Shown here one piece after another: positions 11,101 to 23,394 of a DNA stretch of 44,805 bases. Every line of letters starts with the position of its first letter. Position 1 is the first letter of the stretch. The notes beneath the pieces are model-generated. The model did no database searches. It was not told the DNA's origin and saw only the letters and a list, made by a program, of their open reading frames with translations. The translations under genes and the position numbers were made by a program. Source of the DNA: Octopus bimaculoides (taxonomy: Eukaryota); assembly GCF_001194135.2 (NCBI RefSeq), contig NC_069003.1:9505047-9549851 (forward strand), given 5' to 3'.

Positions 11101-11799
11101 AAATATGTTGTTGTGTGTGTTTTAAGACATTTCAAACATCCAAGTTGCCAGATAACAAAACAATGCCCTCATCCATGAATGTCAACAGATTTGTTGTTGT
11201 CATGGTGTTCGGATCCAGTTTCAGAACTGGTTCCATTATTCTTAATTTCGCTCATTTAGTTATTTATTTATGTTATTCTTTGTGAAATTATTTCTTCTCA
11301 TTTGTCTCAGGCGGTGACACAATTATATATATATATATATATATATATATCATGTTGTCAACCAGTTTTTGGCTAAGTGGAAATTTAAGTTTCAAAACAA
11401 AACTGTAGAGCCAATTTCGAAAGGGATTATTTTTTTTTTGTTTTGTTTTGGGGTTTATTTGTTTTGTTTTTTTTCAGTTTCTTTTTATTTTTATATATGT
11501 ATTCTGTTTTTTTTTTGTTTTTTGTTACCGTTGAATAACAGAATTACATCAAAGAAAATGTCACTTTTTTCTTTTCTCTCTCTCTCCCCCTCTCTCTCTC
11601 TCTCTCATCTCTCTCTNNNNNNNNNNNNNNNNNNNNNNNNNNNNNNNNNNNNNNNNNNNNNNNNNNNNNNNNNNNNNNNNNNNNNNNNNNNNNNNNNNNN
11701 NNNNNNNNNNNNNNNNNNNNNNNNNNNNNNNNNNNNNNNNNNNNNNNNNNNNNNNNNNNNNNNNNNNNNNNNNNNNNNNNNNNNNNNNNNNNNNNNNNN

Positions 11800-11916
11800 G
11801 TATGACGCTCGGGAATAGGGAAAGTCTTTGACGTTTCGAGCTACGCTCTTCAACAGAAAGAATACGGAGACAAGGAGAAAAACACGGAGAAAAAAAATTG
11901 AATAGTGTGCAGTCAA
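11800..11916 (-). mobile_element. Penelope-like element terminal fragment
   Basis: Carries a minimal hammerhead fold (next feature), typical of PLE pLTRs; bounded by a gap and (TA)n. Confidence 0.6.
11825..11861 (-). ncRNA. Minimal type-I hammerhead ribozyme-like motif (A6U core variant)
   Basis: Minus strand UCUUU-CUGUUGA-A-GAGC-gua-GCUC-GAAA-C-GUC-AAAGA: stem I UCUUU/AAAGA, stem II GAGC/GCUC, palindromic ACGU stem III, GUC cleavage triplet. Confidence 0.6.
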
Positions 11917-11917
11917 C

Positions 11918-11967
<50 letters not shown>

Positions 11968-12204
11968 TCACATATGTACACATAAAAAATAACGTTTTGT
12001 CAAGAAAATTGCTTACTAGAAACATGACTTGATGGTTTATACCAAAATTTGTGATGAATTCAAATTCTTGAAGCAAACAAATACATTTGTTTGATTGAAG
12101 AGTTCAAGAATTAAATACATCTTGGAGAATGTGCATAGATGTGTTGACGGTTGAGATGGCTGTTCTTGATGTTAATATTACTATCAGCATTAATGTTATT
12201 ATCA

Positions 12205-12420
12205 GTGAGCTGGCAGAATGGTCACAGTGCCAAGCAAGGTGGTTAGTGGCATTTTGTCTGTCTTTATGTTCTGGGATCAAATTCTGTGGTTGACTTTGCC
12301 TTTCATCCTTTCAGAGTTGATAAAATAAGTACTAGTTGAGTACTGGGGTTGATGTAATCAATTTATCCCCACCTTTGGAATCTTTGGTCTTGTGCCAAAA
12401 TTTGAAATCCATATTGCTAT
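12205..12420 (+). mobile_element. SINE family A copy
   Basis: GTGAGCTGGCAGAATGG...GACTTTGCCTTTCATCCTTTCAGAGTTGATAAAATAAGTAC...TACTGGGGTTGATG...CTTGTGCCAAAATTTGAAA. Confidence 0.85.
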
Positions 12421-13867
12421 TGGCACTTAAGGCGACAAGCTGGTAGAATCATTAACATACCAGACTGAATGTTTCTAGAGGTGAATTATTCAAGCCCCAA
12501 AGAATTCCTCTCAATACATGGCTATGATGCTCCCCCACTACTTCTGCTTGTGATCAGAGTTGGACATATTGTCAGCCAATAAGGGACATGCTCAACTGGT
12601 TAAGATCAAGTAACTGACAAGCAAATCTGTGGTATTGAGCAGAATATTTGCTGTAGCCCATCTATATTCTAGAATATAGAGAAATGCTTTCAGATTTTTC
12701 TGTTCTCTCTTTCACTCTCTCTCTCTCTCNNNNNNNNNNNNNNNNNNNNNNNNNNNNNNNNNNNNNNNNNNNNNNNNNNNNNNNNNNNNNNNNNNNNNNN
12801 NNNNNNNNNNNNNNNNNNNNNNNNNNNNNNNNNNNNNNNNNNNNNNNNNNNNNNNNNNNNNNNNNNNNNNNNNNNNNNNNNNNNNNNNNNNNNNNNNNNN
12901 NNNNNNNNNNNNNNNNNNNNNNNNNNNNNNNNNNNNNNNNNNNNNNNNNNNNNNNNNNNNNNNNNNNNNNNNNNNNNNNNNNNNNNNNNNNNNNNNNNNN
13001 NNNNNNNNNNNNNNNNNNNNNNNNNNNNNNNNNNNNNNNNNNNNNNNNNNNNNNNNNNNNNNNNNNNNNNNNNNNNNNNNNNNNNNNNNNNNNNNNNNNN
13101 NNNNNNNNNNNNNNNNNNNNNNNNNNNNNNNNNNNNNNNNNNNNNNNNNNNNNNNNNNNNAGGAAGAAGTTTGCGGCGTTTTGTCTACCTGTCTGTCGAT
13201 GGTGAAATTAAAAACAAAACAAAAGAAAAAAAACAAAAAGAGAAAGCGAAAGAAAAGAAGTTGTCGGCAGGTAGGACATTGAGTTCGGTCTGTCAGTGCA
13301 TGTGTCTGCCTCTCTGTCTGTCTGTTTGTCTCACGCGGTGAAGGATGCCACAAAGATAACCGACATATAGAGCATGACTCTTATTGTTCTTAGTTGGACA
13401 ACGGCAGCCACATCAACAACAGCAACCACAGCAATTTGGTAACTGTGCACTCATGACCTATATCATCCTTCTTCTTCTTCTTCTTGGCATTTTTCTTCTT
13501 CTTCTTCTTGCTGTCGTTCTCCTGCTGACCTATATATCATTGTTGCCTCTATTTTCTCCATCACTGGAGCATAATAGACGTAGAAACAGTTCCATTGTGC
13601 TGTGAAATACAATACACACGCAATACATATGCATTCACACACTCACACTCATACACACACACACACACATGCTCACTGGTTGTGTGTAGGTTTGTGTCGG
13701 TGTGTGTGGTGCAAAGGGGGGAAGGGAGGCTTTTGATTCATTATACATGCATTGTAGGTGTATATAATATGGACATTGTATTGCTCCATGGAACATGATA
13801 CATATGTTTATGTACACAAGCATATATACATACGTACATACAAACTTATTGAATGTGTTTATAAATA

Positions 13868-13944
<77 letters not shown>

Positions 13945-14015
13945 TACTCAAACAATATACATATGCATATATATATATATAGACAGACAGACAGACAGAT
14001 ATATGCATGCAAATA

Positions 14016-14055
<40 letters not shown>

Positions 14056-14318
14056 TGTATTTATTCTATCCTAATAAATAATAATTCTGATAGAATAAAT
14101 GGGTTAATAGAAACCAAGGTAGCAAAGATCACAAATATGTCGGAATAAAGTATGCAGTTATAACATGCGTTTTCTCCATTCCTTAAATTTATATATATAT
14201 GTATATATATATATATTTATGTATGTATGTGTGCGGATAGCTAGCTAGATAGATAGATAAATATAAATATAAATAGATAGATAGACATACAGATAGAAAG
14301 ACAGCTGAATGAACAGAC

Positions 14319-14364
<46 letters not shown>

Positions 14365-15062
14365 GCAGTTAGATATAGATAGCTAGGTAGATATCTGTGG
14401 GTATGTGCATTATATTTGTATGTATGTCTGTATGCAATTTATTTATTGTTTAAATGGTTTTGTGCTTAGTTTTTTTATTCCATGTTTCACTATATGCCAG
14501 TGTGCAATCAGTCGCACTTGTGCATGTATGTGCATGCGTTCGAGGTGTTGTCTGTGTGTCTCTATATGTGACCGTGTGTAAGTGATGCAAATGATAATAT
14601 TTACAAAGTGTTTTATGCATGTGTGTGTGCACCTGTATCTGTGTTTTTCAATGTGCATTTATTAATGTGAGTNNNNNNNNNNNNNNNNNNNNNNNNNNNN
14701 NNNNNNNNNNNNNNNNNNNNNNNNNNNNNNNNNNNNNNNNNNNNNNNNNNNNNNNNNNNNNNNNNNNNNNNNNNNNNNNNNNNNNNNNNNNNNNNNNNNN
14801 NNNNNNNNNNNNNNNNNNNNNNNNNNNNNNNNNNNNNNNNNNNNNNNNNNNNNNNNNNNNNNNNNNNNNNNNNNNNNNNNNNNNNNNNNNNNNNNNNNNN
14901 NNNNNNNNNNNNNNNNNNNNNNNNNNNNNNNNNNNNNNNNNNNNNNNNNNNNNNNNNNNNNNNNNNNNNNNNNNNNATATGCTTCTGTTGTAATGTCTCT
15001 ACGTCCTTTTTCCTAACCTTTCATACTATATCTCTCTCTGCCTGTCTCTCTCTCTCTCTCTG

Positions 15063-15113
<51 letters not shown>

Positions 15114-15206
15114 GATTATTCTTGCACATTGTTTTAAAATGCCAATTCTTTTTCCATCTCTGTCTCTCTCTCTCTCTCTCTCTTTCCTCATATATAAATA
15201 TACATA

Positions 15207-15611
15207 GGCGTAGGCGTGACTGTGTGGTAGAAAGCTTGCTTCCCAACTACCTGGTTCCAGGTTCAGTCCCACAGCATGGTACCTTGGGCAACTGTCTTCT
15301 ATTGCCTCAGGCCAACCAAAGTCTTGTGAGTAAATTTGGTTGAGGGAAACTGAAAGAAGCCCATCGAATATATATATATATACTTATGTATGCATGTGTG
15401 TCTTTGTGTCTGTATTTGTCCCCCTCCCCACTGCTTGACAACCAGTGTTGGTTTGTTTGTATCCCCATAATGTAGCAGTTTGACAAGAGAGACCGATAGA
15501 ATAAGTACATGGCTTAAAAATTAAATTCTTGGGTTGATTCATTCAACTAAAAAGTCAAGGCAGTGCCCCAGCATGGCAACAGTCTAATGACAAACAAATA
15601 AAAGAACGAAA

Positions 15612-15612
<1 letters not shown>
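15207..15612 (+). mobile_element. SINE family B, full length
   Basis: tRNA-like head GGCGTAGGCGTGACTGTGTGG...GGTTCAGTCCC, CORE-like ACCTTGGGCAACTGTCTTCT, internal (TA/TG)n, family B tail. Confidence 0.9.
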
Positions 15613-15646
<34 letters not shown>

Positions 15647-15676
15647 CTTAGATATAATGATAGTAATAGCCTGATA

Positions 15677-16010
15677 GCACATGGCTCAGGGGATAGAGCA
15701 TTAGGCTCACAATCATGAGGTTGTGAGTTCAATCCCTGGACTGGGCTATGTGTTGTATTCTTAAGCAAGGCACTTTATTTTACATTGCTCCAGTTCACTC
15801 AGCTGTAGAAATGAGTTGTGACGTCACTGGTGCCAAGCCTTGTCGGCCCCTTTACCTTTCCCTTGGATAACATCGGTGGCATGGAGTTGGGAGGCTGGTA
15901 TGCATGGGCGATTACTGGTTTTCCACAAACAATCTTGCTCAGACTTGTGCCCCAGAGGTGAACATTCCAGGTGCAATCTGATGGTCATTCATGACCGAAG
16001 GGGTTCTTTA
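15677..16010 (+). mobile_element. SINE family C (tRNA head + CORE-like domain)
   Basis: TGGCTCAGGGG (A box), GAGTTCAATCCC (B box), TGTTGTATTCTTAAGCAAGGCACTTTATTTTACATTGCTCCAGTTCACTCAGCTGTAGAAATGAG; same family at 23046 and 33144. Confidence 0.9.
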
Positions 16011-16019
16011 TCATTTTAT

Positions 16020-16188
16020 ATATCGGCCTTTGCCTCTCTCTTGGACAACATCGGTGGCATGGAGAGGGGAGGCCGGTATTCATGGGTGACTGCTGGTCTT
16101 CCATAAATAACCTTGCCTGGACTTCTGCCCCTGAGGGGAACATTCTAGATGCAATCCCGTGATCAATCATGACTGAAGGGTGTTTTTA
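16020..16188 (+). mobile_element. Second, 5'-truncated family C copy in tandem
   Basis: Repeats the 3' ~165 bp of the preceding copy (TCGGCC...AACATCGGTGGCATGGAG...TCATGAC.GAAGGG) with many substitutions. Confidence 0.85.
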
Positions 16189-17299
16189 CTCGTTATCCTA
16201 TCCTGTCACTCCCCCATATACCTGTGTGGTACCACTCACTGCATTCACTCCTTTCATTCCCTCTCTTACCCCTTTTGGCATCTTTGGGAATTCCCTACTC
16301 ACACCCCTTCGGCAATCCTCTACCATCCCATTTATATTCACAGCCTCGTACCTTAAGAGCATACCCCAACCCATCACCACCATTTCCCTTGCTCTATCTC
16401 CCCCCCCCCGACCCCAGGGTGACCATGTATCTCTTCTACAGCAAAACACCCATTTCTGTCCCCCTTCTCATACTCACTAACCTCTCATCACCTGGCACAA
16501 AGCTGCCTCCCGCAATACCACCCACCCCCTCACAGTCGAAGGATCTTTGCCTCGCAAGATACTTCCTGGCACTTCACCAGTGCTGGTGTCACNNNNNNNN
16601 NNNNNNNNNNNNNNNNNNNNNNNNNNNNNNNNNNNNNNNNNNNNNNNNNNNNNNNNNNNNNNNNNNNNNNNNNNNNNNNNNNNNNNNNNNNNNNNNNNNN
16701 NNNNNNNNNNNNNNNNNNNNNNNNNNNNNNNNNNNNNNNNNNNNNNNNNNNNNNNNNNNNNNNNNNNNNNNNNNNNNNNNNNNNNNNNNNNNNNNNNNNN
16801 NNNNNNNNNNNNNNNNNNNNNNNNNNNNNNNNNNNNNNNNNNNNNNNNNNNNNNNNNNNNNNNNNNNNNNNNNNNNNNNNNNNNNNNNNNNNNNNNNNNN
16901 NNNNNNNNNNNNNNNNNNNNNNNNNNNNNNNNNNNNNNNNNNNNNNNNNNNNNNNNNNNNNNNNNNNNNNNNNNNNNNNNNNNNNNNNNNNNNNNNNNNN
17001 NNNNNNNNNNNNNNNNNNNNNNNNNNNNNNNNNNNNNNNNNNNNNNNNNNNNNNNNNNNNNNNNNNNNNNNNNNNNNNNNNNNNNNNNNNNNNNNNNNNN
17101 NNNNNNNNNNNNNNNNNNNNNNNNNNNNNNNNNNNNNNNNNNNNNNGGTCTCTTGATCAAACCCGTTATCCCTATCTCTGTCTCTAACTCGTCTCTCCCT
17201 CTCTTCACCTACCATGCACACGCAAGCAAGTATATATGCATATACATATACTCCTACACATATACATATATGCACACACACACACACATGTACACACAT

Positions 17300-17329
17300 T
17301 TATAAATGTATACACATTTACATATCTAT

Positions 17330-17366
<37 letters not shown>

Positions 17367-17730
17367 TATATAAATTTACAAAAACTCGGATGCCTACACG
17401 TGTGTATACATGTACATATATATCCATACACACACATGCACACACTGCTCTATGCACACACATATATCAATATATACACATTTACATATCTATAAGTACA
17501 CACACACACACACACACATGCACATATATATCTACATAAACACATATGCCTACACACATGTATACATACACATATATCTCCATACACACACACATATATC
17601 AATATATACACATTTACATATCTATAAGTACACACACACACACACACACATGCACATATATATCTACATAAACACGTATGCCTACACACATGTATACATA
17701 CACATATATCTCCGTACACACACACATGCA
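17300..17730. repeat. Higher-order tandem duplication of a compound CA/TA block (3 units)
   Basis: TATACACATTTACATATCTATAAGTACACAC anchor at ~17308, ~17472 and ~17604. Confidence 0.85.
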
Positions 17731-18281
17731 CACACTGTTCTATGCATACAGAAAGACGACTGATGAAGTGAAGATGTCTATAATGATAGAAAAATAGCAT
17801 TGTGTTTATGTTGTTGAAGTGACAGGACATATATATCATAGGTGTGTGTGTGTATATATGTATACATGCATGTATGTATGTATATAGAGGAGAGTAAGAG
17901 AGGATGATAATTCCTTCTCTGTAAAAGGTTCTTCCTCGTTCTTTAATAGCCAACCATTTTTCCAAAGTGGAATGGTTTTGCAGTCTCTTTTGTTTTTCCA
18001 AACCTGTCCTTCCTACCCGGCCCCTGCCACCCTCCTGCATATCTCTCTTGCTATATAACATTACAGGTAATCAGTTTGTATTTTGATAAACTTGACAGCC
18101 AGTGTAATCAATTACATATATCATTGACAGCAGCCAATAGTTTGTGTGCGTGTAGGTTTGTGAGTGTGTTTGAGAGCAAGAGAGAGTGAGAGAGAGAGAG
18201 AGAGAGAGAAATAGAATCAGCCATTGTTTGTAGGCATTTTCTGTTCTACAGCAGCCAAACACACACGCACGCACACACACA

Positions 18282-18324
<43 letters not shown>

Positions 18325-18704
18325 ATGTATGAATGTGTGTGTGTGTGTGTGTGTGTGTATGTATATATNNNNNNNNNNNNNNNNNNNNNNNNNNNNNNNN
18401 NNNNNNNNNNNNNNNNNNNNNNNNNNNNNNNNNNNNNNNNNNNNNNNNNNNNNNNNNNNNNNNNNNNNNNNNNNNNNNNNNACGCACACACACATATATA
18501 TATACTCACACACATGTACACCCATATACATAAAATACATGCACACACGCATATCTATACACATGTATATATATGTCTTCTATTTTCAATTTTTGGGAGG
18601 TTTGTGTACCTGTATTTCCATGTTGGAATATATAAATCAATTTATACCTATGCACATAGACACACACACACACACACACATACACACATATATATATATA
18701 TACA

Positions 18705-18766
<62 letters not shown>

Positions 18767-19142
18767 GATATACATACATATGTATCTACTTATATAGACA
18801 CACACACATGCACACGTGTCAGTTTGTACAAAATTGTCTGTATGAATTAGTGTATGTATATACATATGCTTACTTGTGTATATATATATGCATATACACA
18901 CCCACAAGAAAGCTGATTATACACTCTTCCTGCATTAAATTCCTTCTAATGTACTCCACACAGACTTCTACACTGTCTTAACCACAACATACCATAACAC
19001 TGTCATTGAAGCGTGACATCGTATTCCATAAAACAATGTTATACTTAACCTTATTTATATAAAGTTTCATACATTCCATTTCACTGTCTGTGATACCCCA
19101 CTGCGTACTGCATGATATCAACATGGTCGTCGTTGTCGTTGT

Positions 19143-19280
19143 CGCTGCCACCTTCTTCTTCGCCTTCTTCTTCTTCTTTACTTTCTTCTTCTTCTTCTTC
19201 TTCTTCTTCTTCTTCTTCTTCTTCTTCTTCTTCTTCTTCTTCTTCTTCAATTCTTCTTCTCCTCTTCCTCCTTCTTCTTC
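19143..19280. repeat. (CTT)n microsatellite
   Basis: Direct reading. Confidence 0.97.
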
Positions 19281-19920
19281 CCTCATTTCCATGTTTGTAT
19301 ACGTGTCAGATGGAATTTGTTAAGACAGATTTTTCTCTGGTTGGATGCCCTTCTTGTTGTACACAATTCTTACCTGTTTCTGAGCAAGGTAATGTTTCCC
19401 CCATGGCCAAATAAAAAACAAAACAAAACCACTGAATTGACTGATGCTTTGCTGTTCTCAACATGATCTATCCACCACCTCAGAATTGATACCAGTACTG
19501 GTGCCACATGAAAATCACTCATGCTGGTGTCACATTAAAAGTACCCTGTCCTCCTGTGATAAGCATTGAGCTAACAAGTGACATTTGTTACCATTCCTTA
19601 CTAACCAGTTATCCCCATAGCTCTGCACTTTCAAAGCTGAATAAACTTGGAAAAAATTAAGGCATTACAACAGAAAAGGTATCAATCTAGGAAAACAAGC
19701 CCTCGAGACATTTTTACCAAACCCCTGCTGTCACAACAGAAAAAGGAATGATGGAAGACAAATAAACAGACAGCGGAATACATACAACCTGCTAATCTTG
19801 AGTTTTTCATGGTTGCATTTCTCTAAATTCATCAATATTTAAATTGAGATTTAAGGGTTGGTGTTCAGTATCCGATATATATCGGTCGAAGCCACAAGTA
19901 ACTACTGAACCTCTTCATAG

Positions 19921-20046
19921 CTGTCTACTTCGGTCGTTATTTATGGTGCTCTTTCTGCGGTGCAACAGCTCTCGAAACTCATCAGACGGAGTCACGACAC
20001 TGCAATAAATCCAAACTGGAAATGATTTGTGTTAATATTCGAAGAG
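19921..20046 (+). CDS. Candidate internal exon (126 bp, phase 1-1), unknown protein
   Basis: Acceptor CCTCTTCATAG, strong donor GAG|GTAAGT; only one frame is open: VYFGRYLWCSFCGATALETHQTESRHCNKSKLEMICVNIRR; CpG-rich unique sequence. Confidence 0.25.
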
Positions 20047-20420
20047 GTAAGTTCATCTACATTAACACTGGCCTTCTTGACACGGCAAAGAGAGCTTAAG
20101 CAATCTCTCGGAAGATTTACTCGTTTTCAATAATTTTCTTTATCAATCTGCAATGTCATAGTTTACTATGCTGCTTCGGTTGCCGCTGCCATTGTTGTTC
20201 TTATTGTTGTTGAGCTTCCTAAGGCCACTTCGGATTTAAAGAAATTTATGATTAGAATACAGTCCAGCCGTGGCCATCACCTGTCATGTTTTCAAGCTGA
20301 ATACATTATGGGCCACAGCATTCCTGTATCAGTTATTAAGAAGATAAGAGTTCAGTTTGAGGGACATTTAGCTGTCTTTTCTGGGATTTTTTTATATTGT
20401 AGATTAGGCAACTGCATATA

Positions 20421-20552
20421 TACAGGGGAGGTGTTGAAAAGTTGCTGGTTTTAAGGGTGTCTTGAAAGGCCTTATTTGACGGCCCAACCTACCAAGTTCT
20501 TTTACAGGGCTTCGACCATCTGAAAGACCACTGCAATAAATGTGTGGATCTT
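20421..20552 (+). mobile_element. Internally deleted mariner-type DNA transposon relic
   Basis: TA+CAGGGGAGGTGTTGAAAAGTT resembles a mariner terminus; 20505-20552 translates QGFDHLKDHCNKCVDL, resembling the mariner transposase C-terminus (G..KL..RW.KC..L). Confidence 0.6.
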
Positions 20553-20554
20553 TA

Positions 20555-20975
20555 CATTCTGGATTCAAGTCCCACTGAGGTCGACTTTGCCTTTCATCCT
20601 TTCAGGGTCGATGTGTGACTAACTTCCCCTTTCCCTAAAAATTTCAGGCCTTGTGCCTTTTGTTGAAAGGATTATTATTATTATTTTTATGATTATTATT
20701 ATCTTTATTATTATTATTGTTGTTGTTGTTGTTGTTAGTAGTAGTAATAATCAGCTGAGGTCGACCTTACCTTTCATTCTTTCNNNNNNNNNNNNNNNNN
20801 NNNNNNNNNNNNNNNNNNNNNNNNNNNNNNNNNNNNNNNNNNNNNNNNNNNNNNNNNNNNNNNNNNNNNNNNNNNNNNNNNNNNNNNNNNNNNNNNNNNN
20901 NNNNNNNNTGTGATCAACTACCCCTCCCTTTTTGAAAACTGTTGGCCCTGTTCCAAAATTTGAAACCATTATTAT
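20555..20975 (+). mobile_element. Two family A SINE fragments (second one spans a gap)
   Basis: GAGGTCGACTTTGCCTTTCATCCTTTCAGGGTCGAT at ~20578; GAGGTCGACCTTACCTTTCATTC at ~20757; tails AAAATTTCAGGCCTTGTG and AAAATTTGAAACCATTATT. Confidence 0.8.
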
Positions 20976-21537
20976 AATTTTTATTTTTTACTTTTTATTA
21001 TTTAATTATTATTTTTTATATTTAATCAAAGCCTCAGTTGTGTATTTTATTAGGAATTTGGTCCATTAAGAGCTTTGAAGGAATTTCAAAAATGCCTCCT
21101 TGCTTTAAACTTGGCTTTTTTTTTCTTTTTTTAAATACACCCGGAATCATTCGATTTGTGGAATGGTGAAGTCTATAAAACCTCACAGCGAGTCGATGTA
21201 GTTTAGTCGTCCACCACAAATAAATGCTAGACATTTAAACCAGGCATCAGTTCTGGCCAAACCAAGCAGAGACAGAATTTAAGACGTTCTGGTCATAACC
21301 ACCACTATCCCATCTTTTTTATTTTTATCCCCACAGTTTTTGTGTATTCCAAGCTGCATTATGCCACTACATTCTTATTTTACTTTATTACTTCTAAGAT
21401 GATAGCATTTGATTTAAGGTAGATTTGGCTGCTATTCTTAGCTGACTCGACAGCTACATATCAGCTCACTTGCTGGGTCTGAATACTTGCGGTGTCTGGA
21501 AACACATATTCATACTCTAAGATAGTATTGTCACTGT

Positions 21538-21569
<32 letters not shown>

Positions 21570-21737
21570 AACGCACATTCCATATGCATGCACCATCCAC
21601 TTACTTGTAAGCCAGGTTGCACTAACTTGCATTTTTAACGCCCCAAAGAATTTCCAAACCACGTCTTAAATCTGTTTATGTTGTCATAAGAAACAAGTTA
21701 AACTTGTTTGCATTTTCAGTATCAGACAAAAATTCTT

Positions 21738-22125
21738 ACTCTTTTACTTGTTTCAGTCATTTGACTGCGGCTATGCTGGAGCACCGCCTTTAGTTGAACA
21801 AATCGACCCCAGGACTTATTCTTTATAAGCCTACTACTTATTCTATTGGCCTCTTTTTGCCGAACCGCTAAGTTACGGGGACGTAAACACACCAGCATCG
21901 GTTGTCAAACGATGGTGGGGGGACAAACACAGACATGCAAACACACATACGTATATTATATACCACGGGCTTCTTTTAGTTTCCGTCTACCAAATCCACT
22001 CACAAGGCTTTGGTTGGTCCGAGGCTATAGTAGAAGACACTTGCCCAAGGTGCCACGCAGTGGGACTGAACCCGGAACCATGTGGTTGGTAAGCGAGCTA
22101 CTTGCCTCACAGCCACTCCTGTGCC
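21738..22125 (-). mobile_element. SINE family B, full length, with 69-bp target-site duplication
   Basis: Complete head to tail; flanks 21669-21737 and 22133-22201 are identical at 66 of 69 positions. Confidence 0.95.
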
Positions 22126-22613
22126 TCCTCCTAATCTGTTTATGTTGTCTTAAGAAACAAGTTAAACTTGTTTCCATTTTCAGTATTAGACAAAAATTCT
22201 TGTGCAAACCAATACAAGAAGTCACTGTGGGTTTGTCTTTTTTTGTTCCTGCTTTTTATTTCACCACATTTCATCATACTTTTATTTAAAATTTTCTGTC
22301 GTTTCATCTCAGTGTCTCGGTGATCACGTCATTATAGGTTTAACATCGTTAGTAATAAATATCCAGAGTTAAAGGGTTAAAACCGGTGTGTGTAATATGT
22401 AATTAACCAGACTATTTATTACCAACATAAGATGATTATAATTTTCTGGACGATTAATTGCTATCGTTTGAGATGAAAGGTTTTTCAACATTTATTTACT
22501 CTGCAAGCAGCATTATGTTTTAATCAGTTTCAATTGTCTGTTGCGTCAACCTTGTGGAGAAAGATGGTTACTATTATTATTATTACTATTAGTAATAATA
22601 ATAATAATGATGT

Positions 22614-23010
22614 GGAGGCGCAATGGCCCAGTGGTTAGGGCAGCCGACTCGCAGTCATAGGATCGCGGTTTCGATTCCCAGACCGGGCGTTGTGAGTGTT
22701 TATTGAGCGAAAACACCTAGAGCTCCACGAGGCTCCAGCAGGGGATGGTGGCGAACCCTGCTGTACTCTTCCACCACAACTTTCTCTCACTCTTACTTCC
22801 TTTTTCTGTTGTGCCTGTAATTCAAAGGGTCAGCCTTGTCACACACTGTGTTACGCTGAATATCCCCGAGAACTACGTTAAGGGTACACGTGTCTGTGGA
22901 GTGTTCAGCCACTTGCACGTTAATTTCACGAGCAGGCTGTTCGGTTGATCAGATCAACTGGAACCCTCGACGTTGTAAGCGACGGATTGCCAACAACAAC
23001 AACAACAACA
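22614..23010 (+). mobile_element. SINE family D (tRNA head, (CAA)n tail)
   Basis: TGGCCCAGTGGTTAGG (A box), GGTTTCGATTCCC (B box), ~390 bp body, (CAA)n tail; single copy here. Confidence 0.75.
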
Positions 23011-23045
23011 ATAATAATAATAGTAAACATCACTATTATTATTAC

Positions 23046-23185
23046 GTGGCTCAGTGGTTAGAGCATCGAGCTCACAATCACAAGGTAGTGAGTTCAGTTC
23101 CCAGACCGAGCTGCATTTTGTGTTCTTGAGCAAGACACTTTATTTCATGTTGCTCCAGTTCACTCAGCTGTAGAAATGAGTTGTG
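23046..23185 (+). mobile_element. SINE family C, 5' part
   Basis: TGGCTCAGTGGTTAGAGC...GAGTTCAGTTCCC...CTTGAGCAAGACACTTTATTTC. Confidence 0.85.
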
Positions 23186-23187
23186 AT

Positions 23188-23394
23188 AAAAGCAGGGTAT
23201 TTCAACAGCAGTATGGTAACAGAAGGGTTAAAGTGATCTAAATTAAAACCTTCCATGAAAATTTCATGTTAATTTGTCCCAAGCACCGACTCAATAATGA
23301 TAAACTTGCTTAAATTATTTTCTTTTTTTTTCCCCAAATCAATTGAAGCAGAAGTAGTGTATTTTGGCAGAAATATGGTTAACAAAAGGGTTAA
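23188..23394 (-). mobile_element. piggyBac-like MITE terminal pieces (two termini in tandem)
   Basis: ...GGTAACAGAAGGG|TTAA (23228-23231) and ...GGTTAACAAAAGGG|TTAA (23391-23394), i.e. TTAA|CCC ends typical of piggyBac; a similar end at 22371-22380. Confidence 0.55.

Noticed and set aside
13332-13350. CACGCGGTGAA-gga-TGCCA resembles miR-124 (UAAGGCACGCGGUGAAUGCCA)
   Set aside because: Seed region absent, 3-nt insertion, and no complementary star arm nearby
15677-15760. tRNA-like A/B boxes (also at 22614, 23046, 33144)
   Set aside because: No full cloverleaf; they continue into SINE bodies, so they are SINE heads rather than tRNA genes
19965-20000. GAAAC/CTGATGA strings suggesting a hammerhead
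   Set aside because: The two core halves lie on opposite strands and cannot be assembled into one fold
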